Positions 23,899-37,230 of a stretch of DNA of 52,899 bases are shown piece by piece. Origin of the DNA: Octopus bimaculoides (Eukaryota); the NCBI RefSeq assembly GCF_001194135.2, contig NC_068988.1, forward strand, positions 87,209,294-87,262,192, given 5' to 3'. A program made the position numbers and the translations under genes. Position 1 is the stretch's first letter, and each line of letters starts with the position of its first letter. Below the pieces are notes generated by a model. That model did not search any database and was not told the origin of the DNA. It saw nothing but the letters and a program-made list of their open reading frames with translations.

Positions 23899-24281
23899 GT
23901 TGGCATGCCATCGGTTATGATGACGAAGGTTCCAGTTGATCCGATCAACGGAACAGCCTGCTCGTGAAATTAACATGCAAGTGGCTGAGCACTCCACAGA
24001 CATGTGTACCCTTAACGTAGTTCTTGGGGGAGATTCAGGGTGACACAGTGTGTGACAAGGCTGACCCTTTGAATTACAGGCACAACAGAAACAGGAAGTA
24101 AGAGTGAGAGAAAGTTGTGGTGAAAGAGTACAGCAGGGTTCGCCACCATCCCCTGTTGGAGCCTCGTGGAGCTTTTAGGTGTTTTCGCTCAATAAACACT
24201 CACAACGCCCGGTCTGGGAATTGAAACCGTGATCCTACGACTGCGAATCCGCTGCCCTAACCACTGAGCCATTGTGCCTCC
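23899..24281 (-). mobile_element. SINE family A, full length
   Basis: Reverse complement of family A including the tRNA-like head. Confidence 0.87.
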
Positions 24282-24785
24282 CTTTTCCGCTTTATAAGAG
24301 TAATTTATCAAATGTTTTTGCTGTTCTAACGGTGTCTCTGCATTCGAAAATAAATTATCATCTTATTTGTGTCTTACATAGCTATAATAAGCACACAGAC
24401 CTTCAACCTGTAACTAGTTTGATAGGTGCCAACAGATGAAACTCTTTGACCTTGATTCATTCCGTTGCTTCTGCTAAATATTAATAAAAATATATGTGTG
24501 TGTTTGTGTTTGTTTGTGTTTGTTTTGTATCTGTGTTGTTTATGTCAATGTTTGCTGTGAACTGTTTACTCTGTACCGTATACACCAAGCATTGGCAAAC
24601 CTTTTTGAGAAGCAGGCTCTATGAAACATGGCACATCTTCAGGCTGGCTGGCTGCACTACAAAATAGAAAATTCAAAGTAATTTTTCATTAGCCATGCAG
24701 CATGTGAGCTGCAGTTTGCCTATGACTGGTGTACACACTCTCATTGACCACAAACATTCACATCTCTCTATATTTATATCTGCAG

Positions 24786-24928
24786 GTGCTAACCTCTTAG
24801 TGGACAGTACTGGACAGAGGGTCCGAATTGGTGATTTTGGTGCGGCTGCTCGTTTGGCATCACAGACTACTCAAGCTGGTGAATTTCAGGGACAATTACT
24901 AGGGACAATAGCCTTTATGGCGCCAGAG
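24786..24928 (+). CDS. MAP3K1: MAP3K1 exon G, kinase subdomains VII-VIII (DFG to APE)
   Basis: Acceptor tctgcAG (24784-24785), donor GTaaaa (24929). [47 protein letters not shown]. Confidence 0.97.
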
Positions 24929-25432
24929 GTAAAATTACTGTCATTCTATCATTACTTCAGTTTAATATGTGTGTGTGTATACCATAAAAACCCATGTAAT
25001 TTATGCACTTTTTTTTTCCAGAATTTTTTAGAAATTTTTTTTTGTTGAAAAATGATGTACAGGAAGTTGACTCATTTAATGTCAGAATCGGTTTTTACAG
25101 AAAAAATATAATGAAGTTGACTTTTATTTTTGTTGGACAGTATAATGCTTACTTTTTCTGTATAAATTTACTAAAACCATTAAATGGTTAACTACTTTTG
25201 ACCTCTTTGAAAGTCCAATAGATATGTCATTTTAATGAATTTTAATTACCATTTTCTGATATCTGAAAAGAAACAGCAATTTTAGAAAAACATATTAAGC
25301 AACACTAATAATAAATGAAATAACATAAAAATAAACAAGCTTTTGATGGTTTTATAGATATTTCAAAATTATGATGCTATGATGCTAGGTGTTTCCATTA
25401 TTTTGTCCAACTCCTGTGTATACATACATATA

Positions 25433-25468
<36 letters not shown>

Positions 25469-25954
25469 TATATATNNNNNNNNNNNNNNNNNNNNNNNNN
25501 NNNNNNNNNNNNNNNNNNNNNNNNNNNNNNNNNNNNNNNNNNNNNNNNNNNNNNNNNNNNNNNNNNNNNNNNNNNNNNNNNNNNNNNNNNNNNNNNNNNN
25601 NNNNNNNNNNNNNNNNNNNNNNNNNNNNNNNNNNNNNNNNNNNNNNNNNNNNNNNNNNNNNNNNNNNNNNNNNNNNNNNNNNNNNNNNNNNNNNNNNNNN
25701 NATGTACTTATTTATTTATTGTATTTTTTTTTGCTTATTGAAATTGGAGCTCTTTGCATTCTGAGTTCAAATCCTACTGAGGTCAATGTTACTTCCTTTT
25801 GGAATTGATAAAATACAGTACCAGCCATGAACTGGGGTCACTGGCATATATGTATGCATGTGTGTATGGTGTGTGTGTGTGTGTGTACATGCCTGTGTGT
25901 ATAATTTTTGTTTTACTATTTGTTTCACTATTCCATTTCCCCCATGCTACAGAA

Positions 25955-26004
<50 letters not shown>

Positions 26005-26229
26005 TCACTCACTCTCTCTCACACACACACGCACATACACACTTATACATGCACGCACACATTTTAAAGAACAAGCAATCTATACGTGTACGTCTTGAAA
26101 ACTAATATAAAAAACCTTTGAATTAAATCTTTATACTGTGAGACTGTTGAATAATTAAAAAGTGTTTAATCATACTAATTAAGATTTACTCTGTAATTCA
26201 ATCTGTTTATTTCTCTATCATTCCATCAG

Positions 26230-26361
26230 GTACTCCGAGGGGAGAGCTATGGACGAGGTTGTGATGTGTGGAGTGTTGGCTGTGTAATGATTGAAATGGC
26301 CACAACAAAACCACCATGGAATGCTAATGACATATCAAACCATTTGGCTTTAATTTTTCGG
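26230..26361 (+). CDS. MAP3K1: MAP3K1 exon H, kinase subdomains IX-X (not in the ORF track)
   Basis: Acceptor ccatcAG (26228-26229), donor GTaaga (26362). Hand-translated [44 protein letters not shown]. Phase 0 at both ends. Confidence 0.96.
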
Positions 26362-26406
26362 GTAAGACTTTTGTTATTTGTTTATAGTTAAACTGTATTA
26401 TATTGA

Positions 26407-26790
26407 GTGGAGGCGCAATGGCCCAGTGGTTAGGGCAGCGGACTGGCAGTCATAGGATCGCGGTTTCAATTCCCAGACTGGGCGTTGTGAGTGTTTATTG
26501 AGTGAAAACACCTAAAGCTCCACGAGGCTCCGGCAGGGGATGGTGGCGAACCCTACTGTACTCTTTCACAACAACTCTCTCTCACTCTTACTTCCTATTT
26601 CTGTTGTGCCTGTATTTCAAAGGGTCAGCCTTGTCACACTCTGTGTCACGCTGAATATCCCCGAGAACTACGTTAAGGGTACACGTGTCTGTGGAGTGCT
26701 CAGCCACTTGCACGTTAATTTCGCGAGCAGGCTGTTCCATTGATCGGATCAACTGGAACCCTCGACGTCGTAAGCGATGGAGTGCCAGCA
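26407..26790 (+). mobile_element. SINE family A, full length, 45 nt after the exon H donor
   Basis: High similarity to 387-764. Confidence 0.88.
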
Positions 26791-27300
26791 AAACTATATT
26801 GTGAAGGTGCATGGCTTAGTGGTCAGGTTATTTTGCTCATGATCATAAGGTTGTGAGTTCGATATTTGGCAGCACATTATGTCTTTGAGCAAGACAATTT
26901 ATTTCATGCTGTTCTAGTCCACTCACACAGCAACAATGAGTCGTACTTGTAATTCGAAAGGGCCATTTTAGTCACATCCTGTGTCACGCTGAATTTCCCT
27001 CAGAACTACATTAAGAGTTGCATATTTGGCCACTTACATGGTTAATTTCATGAGTGGGCTGTTCCATTGATCGGATCAGATGGAGTGCCAGCCTAAACCA
27101 TTTGGCTTTAACCTTTTTGATGCCATCCAGCCTGAGACCACCCTTTGTTCTCTGTTACAAACTTCCTGTTTAAAAAAAATTATCTAAATTAAAATCTCCA
27201 GTCAAAATTTAATGCCCCAAACACTAGCTTAATTCATGAAGAAGTTATTAGACACTTCATCATTTTCAAAATTAATTGAAGCAAATGAAGTGCATTTCAC

Positions 27301-27353
27301 AATCGGTCAGAGCATCGTGACGCGTAATCACGGGGATGTGAGTTCGAGTCCAC
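27301..27353 (+). pseudogene. 5'-truncated tRNA-like fragment, anticodon position CGT (Thr-like)
   Basis: D-loop-like AATCGGTCAGAGC; perfect 5-bp anticodon stem CGTGA/TCACG around a 7-nt loop; T-arm GTGAG-TTCGAGT-CCAC. No acceptor stem. Confidence 0.5.
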
Positions 27354-28263
27354 AGCTAACCACCTACACTTTTTTCTGCAAAATAGGGGTAGTTTATCCT
27401 GTTCAGGCTATATTATTAGCATTATCCTGCGTTTGAGATTTTAAAATCACTTCTTTAACTTTCTAAGATATCTCAACGCCTCTAAAAAGCAAACTTCGTT
27501 TGTTTATTTACGTTTGTCGTAATTTGAAAGTAACAGAATGATTATTTTGAGTAAGATTAGAAATTTGAAATTGAAATTAAGGAATTATAAGGAAAAATAT
27601 GCATTAAATTCTCATATTAACTTATTTTTTCTGTTTAGTTAATACAAAGTTCTCAAATTTTTAGTCACTGTTTACTAAATTCTTCATTATTTTGAAAATT
27701 AATTGAAACAAATTAGGTGTATTTCAATAGAAATATGGTAACAAAATGGTTCATTTTTTTAAGATTTAATTCCCTTGTTATAGTTCTTCACATTTAAAAA
27801 AACTGTTTGCTTATTATATCATCTGTCTTTAACCCTTTTGAGATACCAACCTGCCTGAGAATGCACCCAGGTTCTGTGATACCAACTTCCTATTTAAAAA
27901 TTATCGAGATGAAAATTTTTCTATCAAAATTTCACGTTGTTTTATGTCTCAAACACTTGTTTAATATCGACAAGAGTTATTGTTACTACTGCTATTACAA
28001 GGGAGATAATCATATCGTCACAGTACAAAGTAAGATCAGAAATTTCACTCAGTGAAACAGAAAGAATCATAGAGACAGGATGAGAAAGAGGAGAGGGAGT
28101 AAATGATAGAGTATTTGTGGGAGGAGTTATACAAATGAGAATCAAGGACAGACAAAATACAATAGTGATTAGCATATTCATATTCAAATTTGGTGAAACA
28201 TATTAAGATTGAATATACATGTCATTGTTTTACTTTGTTTTATATTTAATATTATTTAGGCGT

Positions 28264-28642
28264 AGAGGCTCAATGGCCCAGTGGTTAGGGCAGCGGACTC
28301 GCGGTCATAGGATCGCGGTTTCGATTCCCAGACCGGGCGTTGTGAATGTTTATTGAGCGAAAACACCTAAAGCTCCACGAGGCTCTGGCAGGGGATGGTG
28401 GCGAACCCTGCTGTACTCTTCAACCACAACTTTCTTTCACTCTTTCTTCCTGTTTCTGTTGTGCCTGTAATTCAAAGGGTCAGCCTTGTCATGCTGTGTC
28501 ACGTTGAATATCCCCAAGAACTACGTTAAGGGTACACGTGTCTGTGGAGTGCTCAGCCACTTGCATGTTAATTTCACGAGCAGGCTGTTCTGTTGGTCGG
28601 ATCAACTGGAACCCTCAACGTCGTAAGTGACGGAGTGCCAAC
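28264..28642 (+). mobile_element. SINE family A, full length
   Basis: High similarity to 387-764. 11-bp TSD attatttaggc at 28251-28261/28644-28654. Confidence 0.88.
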
Positions 28643-29857
28643 AATTATTTAGGCAGCAAAATTGTAGAATCGATAGCATGCAGGGCAAAATGGTTAGTGG
28701 CATTTTGTTGGTCTTTACATTCTGAGTTCGAATTCCATTGAGGTCAACTTTGCCTTTTATCCTTTTGGGGTTGATAAAATAAGTACCAGTTAAGCAGTGG
28801 GGTTGATGTAATCAGCTTTTTAAAAGCACTTTAATCTTACCCGCAAGAATTATAAGTTGTTGATGTCATAGGAATTTAGAAACTTCCAACACTCAAGTGC
28901 AGGCATGGCTGTGTGGTAAGAAACTTGCTTTTCAACTACATGGTTCTAGATTCAATCCTATTCATGACACCTTGGGCAAGTGTTTTCTATTATCGCCTCA
29001 GGCTAACTGAAACCCTTTGAGTGGTTTTGGTAGAAAGAAACTGAAAGAAGCCTATCATGTGTATGAAGGGGTGCTGAAAAGTTCTTGGCTTTATGGGTAT
29101 CGAAAAAGGCCTGGCTGGAGGCCCAACCTTCTGCGTTCTTTTACAGAACTTAGAAAAACTGAAGGACTGCTGCAATAAGTGTGTGAATCTGAGACAGGAA
29201 TATGTTGAATAAAATCATAATTAACTGATCCTCCTGTATTTTCTTTTGCCCAAAGCCAGGAACTTTACGGCACCCCTACATATATATATGTCTCTGTGTT
29301 TGTGTGTGGTGGGGTGTCTGTGATTGTCCCCCACCACTGCTTGACAACCTGTGTTGGTATGTTTACATCCATGTAAATTACTGGTCCAGCCAAAAGATGC
29401 CAATGACAGCAGACTTTTTAAAAAAAAACAGCTCTAGGGTTGATTTGTTCTATTAAAAACTCCCCAAGGTGGTACTCCGGCATGGCTGCAGTCGAATGAC
29501 TGAAACAAGTAAAGGATCAAGGATACATTTCTTGCTGGTAAGAATAAAGTTTCCAAAATGGAAACAGGAATCCAAAGGATTGCTTTGGTCCAGTGGTAGA
29601 ACATCTGCCATGTCTACAGGAGATACAGGTTCATACCCCATAAGAAACCTTTGATTTCTTTTTTATCTGAAGGGCTTTTTTTACCCAATATTTACACACT
29701 AATATTTATAGCTCTGTGTGTTTCAAGATCCACCGTACCAAGAAAGAATTATTTCATCTTTTCTTGAAGTTTATATATTTTTATGACATTGCAATTAATC
29801 TTTTTTTTTAATTTTTTTTTTTTTTAATCTTTTTTTTTTTTGGTTTGGTCCTTACAG

Positions 29858-30013
29858 ATAGCTTCATCAGTGCAGCCTCCACCAATACCACAGAAGATGT
29901 CCCCCGGTGTACGTGACATTATGCTTCGTTGTTTGGAAGTAAAGTCCGAAGACAGACCACCAGCTAAGGAGCTGCTCACACACCCTGTTTTTATGCAACA
30001 TTTGAATCGATGA
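29858..30013 (+). CDS. MAP3K1: MAP3K1 terminal coding exon I, kinase subdomain XI and stop
   Basis: Poly-T tract and cttacAG (29856-29857). Reads IASSVQPPPIPQKMSPGVRDIMLRCLEVKSEDRPPAKELLTHPVFMQHLNR then TGA (30011-30013). Confidence 0.96.
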   Translation: MASSVQPPPIPQKMSPGVRDIMLRCLEVKSEDRPPAKELLTHPVFMQHLNR

Positions 30014-30239
30014 CAGAATGCAATTTGCATTCATTCAAAGGTGTCACACCACCACTACCGCTTACATGCAAAAAATGATGTGCATATTTTATGCACCAAG
30101 TATATTATGCGGTGGTGTGACAGTAGAAATAATTAACGAACAAAAATATTATATTTAAAAAAAAAAAAACACGACAAAAACGTAAAACAGAAACTCTATG
30201 ACATTTCATTAAAGTAAAACTACTGAAATCCATTCCGAA

Positions 30240-30400
30240 AAACATGTGTGTATACGTGATGTGATAGTCTTTGTGTGTATATGTAAACACACAGACTTAT
30301 ATGTGCACAACTACACTATATACATCCACATACACACACACACACACACACATATGTATATCTTTCTATATATGTGCATGTATGTATATAGGTATGTATA

Positions 30401-30476
<76 letters not shown>

Positions 30477-30548
30477 TATCATCATTGTCATATATATAAT
30501 ATGTTTGTATAGATATACATATATGTATCATGTATTCATATATATGTA

Positions 30549-30589
<41 letters not shown>

Positions 30590-30820
30590 TTACACACAAA
30601 TTTACACCCGTACACAAATGCAAACACTCTCTCACACACACATGTATGCAAATATGCATACCTACATACATACATGCATACAACCTCTTTGGTTGCTCCC
30701 AATTGACATGCCTCATTGCCTTCATTCTTAGTCTTTTTCTACTGCTGATTGTTTGTCCATCATCGTGTCTCAACTCTGACAGACTATACACACACACACA
30801 CACGCACATACACACACACA

Positions 30821-30863
<43 letters not shown>

Positions 30864-31117
30864 ACATCATTATCTGTAACATTACTTGGCTGAGACCATC
30901 GAATATATTTTCTATACAGATTTTGTATTGAATATATTTTCTATATATATTTTCAATATATATTTTCAGGAGAAACCCAGTCTTTACACTACTGAATTCA
31001 CGAAACGCCTTTTTTTTTTTATATATATATGTATACACAGAAACTTTCATTGTGTGTATGTGCTACTAACTTTATGTGTATGAGTATATGCATACATATA
31101 TACACATTATACATGCA

Positions 31118-31152
<35 letters not shown>

Positions 31153-31280
31153 GTACACGCACATGCACACATGTATTTATATAGATCTATATAAGTGTAC
31201 ATGTATATAAATATATAAATTAGTACATGTATGTATGTATATATGGTTGCATATGTGTATATGTATAAAAATATGTGTGC

Positions 31281-31315
<35 letters not shown>

Positions 31316-31517
31316 CATGCATGTATATATCTATATATATCATACATATGTATATTGACATAAATATATATATATATATATATCGTTCATCATTTAACGT
31401 CCGCTTTCCATGCTAGCATGGGTTGGACGATTTGACTGAGGACTGGTGAAACCAGATGGCTACACCAGGCCCCAATCTGATTTGGCAGAGTTTCTACAGC
31501 TGGATGCCCTTCCTAAC

Positions 31518-31585
<68 letters not shown>

Positions 31586-31938
31586 AATGCATTATTAAAA
31601 CAGCGAGCCCAACAAAAGATGTTGTGTTTCTGAATTTAATGAAACGCTTTTTATTGGACTTTGCTGTTTATATAAAATATTTTCACACTTTGTATTCCAT
31701 AGTTGGGAGTACTTTATTGTGTGTGGGCTTACTATGTTTCTTTAAACAGGTGAGCCCAAGAATAACCACTCTGTATATGTGTGTATGTACATTTATATAT
31801 ATATACATACGTACACATATATACATAGATATATATGTATACATACATAACTAGTCATGTATGCAATAAGTATGTATAGTTTATAAAGATATACATATTT
31901 TCTACAATACAGTACATACATATATACATATATGTACC

Positions 31939-31969
<31 letters not shown>

Positions 31970-32184
31970 GTATACATATATCTGTATTGTATTCATATTT
32001 ATACACATAAACATAAGCACATATGCAGTTATGTACAGACTTACTTAAAAACATGAATTTAACATATCTAATATATATTCTCGGCGATATATTTTTTTAT
32101 ATACATGCTGTTGCACTATATATTTGATATAGAATATACATGTGCTATATATTTAATACAGACTATAAATTGTATGTTTATATC

Positions 32185-32228
<44 letters not shown>

Positions 32229-33068
32229 ACAATTTAAATGTTTACAACTGGAGTTAATCGTCATAGATCAACCCACCGCCGTCATCATCATCACACTGCC
32301 ATGACCACCACCATTGACTACCAATATGGCTTGATGAAAGAGCAGATTGTCTTTACTTTTCTCCACCTTGCTTTGTTTCACTATGAGTACAATAAATGAT
32401 AACATTTCTATTTCCGTTCAGGTGGGGGCATAAAAAACAAACTTTCCTCTGCAGCTACATTTTTATGGGACTCTGACTGATGTATTAGGTTTATATATAT
32501 ATACATATATATNNNNNNNNNNNNNNNNNNNNNNNNNNNNNNNNNNNNNNNNNNNNNNNNNNNNNNNNNNNNNNNNNNNNNNNNNNNNNNNNNNNNNNNN
32601 NNNNNNNNNNNNNNNNNNNNNNNNNNNNNNNNNNNNNNNNNNNNNNNNNNNNNNNNNNNNNNNNNNNNNNNNNNNNNNNNNNNNNNNNNNNNNNNNNNNN
32701 NNNNNNNNNNNNNNNNNNNNNNNNNNNNNNNNNNNNNNNNNNNNNNNNNNNNNNNNNNNNNNNNNNNNNNNNNNNNNNNNNNNNNNNNNNNNNNNNNNNN
32801 NNNNNNNNNNNNNNNNNNNNNNATATATATATATATATATATACATACATATATAATATGTATATCATCGTTTAACGTCCGCTTTCCATGCTAGCATGGG
32901 TTGGACGATTTGATTGAGGACTGGTGAAACCGGATGGCAACACCAGGCTCCAGTCTGATTTGGCAGAGTTTCTACAGCTGGATGCCCTTCGTATATATAT
33001 GTGTGTGTGTGTTGATATATATTATCAACATACTTGCCTATTTGTCTATATATCTCTCCTTTTCTGTT

Positions 33069-33102
<34 letters not shown>

Positions 33103-33422
33103 TTATATATGTATGGATATATGGTGGTATTAAAATAAGCTATATATCTTTTACAAAATACAAGTAATTTGAAACCATCTTCTAAGAACAGCAGTATGAC
33201 TTCAAAGTTAACAAGTTGTTCCTCATTAAGTTGTAATGAGTTTGATTTCTCATGAGGGTGTAGAATGATTCTTCTTGTACTCAGCCGTGGACCAGAGTGG
33301 TATACCAGTTTGTCTTAGCCTACCTCACCATTAGATTCTGAGCCTTTGTTTGATGACTGATGTCGCTACATCAGCCCATTCCACTTGATAGCCAATCACA
33401 ATGACTGGACATGAGAGTTGAA

Positions 33423-33473
<51 letters not shown>

Positions 33474-33590
33474 CATATATGTGTATATATATATGTATAC
33501 ACATAGATGTATATGTATAAATATATACATATATATGTATATGTATGTATATATATATATATGTATAAATATAAAAATATGTAGACATAT

Positions 33591-33629
<39 letters not shown>

Positions 33630-33840
33630 TATATATACATATTTATATAGTGTAGCTCTCTCTCTCTCTCTCTGTCGCTGTATATCTTATATGTATAAAT
33701 ACATGCATATGTATGTAGAGATGCATATTTATGTATATATATGCACATATTTGTATGTATGTATGTGTGTGTGTGTAGATATACACATACATATATACAT
33801 GGACTGGACATATATGTACATAAGTGTGTGCATGTGTATA

Positions 33841-33892
<52 letters not shown>

Positions 33893-34000
33893 TACGCATA
33901 TACACAGGCATGTGCATATACATACAGATATGCATATTTGTTGCTTTGTACATACCTATTAATTTATTTTATTTATTTCATGCAATCGTGATGTAGCTAA
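30240..34000. repeat. Dense (TA)n/(CA)n/(TG)n microsatellite field after the MAP3K1 stop codon
   Basis: Dinucleotide runs are directly visible. Similar simple repeats lie at 2340-2545, 6735-7340, 19240-19470 and next to most N gaps. Confidence 0.95.
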
Positions 34001-34555
34001 AATGTGACTCACTGCTGTTTTATTATTTTTATTTTTATTTTTTTTGCTTATTTAATAAACACATTTTATAAATAGTTCTTATCTTTCTTATTAATACATT
34101 TTGTATTTCTTCCTACACCTTGTCACTCAAGTATGAAGTCTGAAAATAAAATAGTTGATTATGCAAAGATGAAGGAAGTCTGTCAGTGACAATACCTGTT
34201 ACTAGACTTCAGACATGACTAAAGGTGCTAGCATGGCTGTATGTTTAAGAAGCTTGCTTTGAAACTATGTAATTTCAGGTTCAATCCCACTGCATGGTAG
34301 GCACCTTGGGCAAGTGTCTTCTACTATAGCTCCTGTATATTATAATAATAATAATAATAATAATAACAAAAACACCAGGACTTACAAATATGTATAACAT
34401 ACAGAAAATTGCACTACTGGGCACTGCACACATCCTACGCAAAACACTTTCAATACAGTAACCATAAGAGCATCACAGCAAACCACAGCGCATACCCAAG
34501 GCACACAGAGCTGCGCTCGGTAGTGAAGTGAAAGCACGTTATAAAAATAAAACTA

Positions 34556-34594
<39 letters not shown>

Positions 34595-34953
34595 GTATAG
34601 TGCTCAGGTGCACTACAACTCATCAAAGGTGCATGTAGAGTACATAGAATTATGTGCAAAAGTCAGGAAAGCGAACAGTGTATGAGTCATGATGTACATG
34701 TGTGCTTGCATATGGAGGTGGGGATATCAAGTGTAGTGTTGGTGAATTTAAGGAAGCATAGAGGTTTTAAAGGATGCATCGTCTTGGCAACTAATGACTG
34801 ATGCAGGTAGCTTGTTCCATGCTTCAGCGACTCTGAGTGTGAAAAAATGATTCTGAAAGTCATGGGAGCTGAACTGTTTTTGTATTTTATTAACATGATT
34901 TCTGCATTGTGTATGCATATCACTAAGATTTAACGAACTCAGTACAACATAAA

Positions 34954-35473
34954 CGAGGCTGGGCTGAAAAGTTCATAGTCTATGAAGACGCAATGATAAA
35001 GCTGTGAAATCTTGCATACATTAATTTCAATCTTTCTTATTAATAACTGCATTGCTTCTTTCCGGTTAAACTGACATCTGAATGTTCAAAGAAGACTTAT
35101 CTAGAAAATGGACAAAATTTGGCATTGTTGTGCTATCAAGTGCCTGCAGGAAGAGGGTTTAGCCCCAAAGGCCATTCATCATTCATGCTGATATGGCTGC
35201 TACACTAGAGGGATGATGTTCCAGCTTTATGAACAGTGCAAAAGTGGGCAGCTGAATTTAGGAAAGGACTGGAGAATCTTGAAGATGATCCAAGGTCTGG
35301 ATGTCCTGTAATTGCCACCACTGAGGAAAACATTGATCGTGTTCTCCACATAGTGATTAAAGTGATTAGTTATAAATCAAATAGTTAATGCTGTCAGAGA
35401 GTTGAGAGTATTCTGCACAATGAACTTGGCATGACAAAGCTTTCAGCTCAGTGGGTGCCACATCTTCTGACAC
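34954..35473 (+). pseudogene. Mariner transposase remnant: 5' TIR and N-terminal HTH region
   Basis: TIR-like cgaggctgggctgaaaagttca and ATG at 35108. Segments KWAAEFRKGLENLEDDPRSG and ILHNELGMTKLSAQWVPHLLT (mariner WVPHEL signature). Frameshifts and stops present. Confidence 0.82.
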
Positions 35474-36989
35474 TGTTTGTCATTCAAGCAACACTGTCTG
35501 TTTGCTCACAATCTCCTTTGAAAATCTATTCAGACCAGGGAAAAAAAACATTACCTTCCAGGTGATGGTTGTGTGACATGAAAAGCATCCCTCTATAGAA
35601 AACCTACCTCCATAAGTCCTGTCTGATCTTTGCAAACACAATAAAGTAGATGCTGAAATGACAATGGCCATCAGTGAAAATGACAAGGACAATTTAAACT
35701 ATTGATTTGTGAAAGAGTTTAAAAATTTAAAGACAAAACGACAATAAAAGCCATGAAACAAAAATAGAATGCTACCTGATGTCAAATTTTGAGACAAGGC
35801 CTGCAATTTCGGAGGAGGGGCTTTGAATGGAATAACTTACTATGCAAACGCTTAATAAGTGACTATGTGAAATCCTTGCCAGTTCTTTTATAGCACACTA
35901 CAAATTCTTGAGATATGGCATCATAACAAAATACTCAATGTTAGTTAAGACGTAAACTTAGTTCTGTCACGACTCTGTTGAAATCTGAACCCCAAATGCA
36001 AAATTACCAGTTCCCTGTCATGAATGAACCACACCATTTTCATATGAACAGCCTAAATATTAACCTATCAGCTTGAAGCCATGTTGTGAACATCACCTCG
36101 AGTGTTCTTGAGGTTCATGGCCATTTTCTCTAGTTAAATAGTTTGGCACCTAAATCATCCCAGAGAATTGTTGGCATTTCAAGCCGGACAGATCCTGGCT
36201 TTCACCAAACAAATCAAGAAAAAAAATTTAACAAGTTAGGTGCAGGTGTAGATGTTCAGTAAGAAACTTGCTTCAGTCCCACTGTGTAGCACCTTGGGCA
36301 AGTGTCTTCTAGTACAGCCTCGGGCTGACCAAAGCCTTGTGAGTGGATTTGGTAGATGGAAACTGAAAGAAGCCCATCATATGTATATGAGTGTGTGTAT
36401 GTGGATTATAGTTAAGTTGACTACCATGAGGAGAGTTCACCATGAAAGTTTGCTGAGAAAATATATCCATAGTATCTCACCATTAATAGTTAAAACTATT
36501 TTATTGAAAAGTATAAAAAAGAAAAAAAAAACTGTGAATTGATGATTTAATTTTTCTTATGGTGAATTGATGACATTGAACTTACTAGATGTAGTGTGTG
36601 TGTTTGTGTTTGACTCCCACCACTGCTTGACAACCGGTGTTGGTTTGTTTGCATCCCAGTAAACTAGTGGTTCGGCAAAAAGAGATCAATATAATAAGTA
36701 CCAGACTTAAAGAAAAATATTCATTTGATTAAAAATCCGTCAAGGCAGTGCTCCAGTATGGCCATCATCTACTGAATGAAACAAGTAAAAGATAAAAGAT
36801 AAAATTTTGGCAGACTTGTACCATTTTGTCTCTCATTTTCCAGATAACTAATGGCCGAACAAATACAATTAAGTCAATCCCTACATACAATTCTTGCTGG
36901 TAAGATTAAAGTTTTTAAAATGGATGGCGAAATTCAAAGAATTGCTTTGGTCCAGTGATAGAACACCTCTCATATTTATAGGAGAAGTG

Positions 36990-37230
36990 AACCCTGCTGT
37001 ACTCTTCCACCACAACTTTCTCTCACTCTTACTTCCTGTTTCTGTTGTGCCTGTAATTCAAAGGGCCAGCCTTGTCACACTATGTCACGCTGAACATCCC
37101 CGAGAACTACGTTAAGGGTACACGTGTCTGTGGAGTGCTCAGCCACTTGCACGTTAATTTCACGAGCAGGCTGTTCTGTTGATTGGATCAACTGGAACCC
37201 TCGACGTCGTAAGCGACGGAGTGTCAACAC
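36990..37230 (+). mobile_element. SINE family A, 5'-truncated
   Basis: Matches the 3' two-thirds of family A. Confidence 0.82.

Noticed and set aside
31434-31462. CTGAGGA-CTGGT-GAAAC in RTE tail copies (also near 32912) as a hammerhead
   Set aside because: Only 5 nt lie between the core halves, so stem II cannot form, and I found no stems I or III.
30014-34100. MAP3K1 polyadenylation site
   Set aside because: Several ATTAAA/AATAAA hexamers occur in this AT-rich region, and none can be chosen without transcript data.
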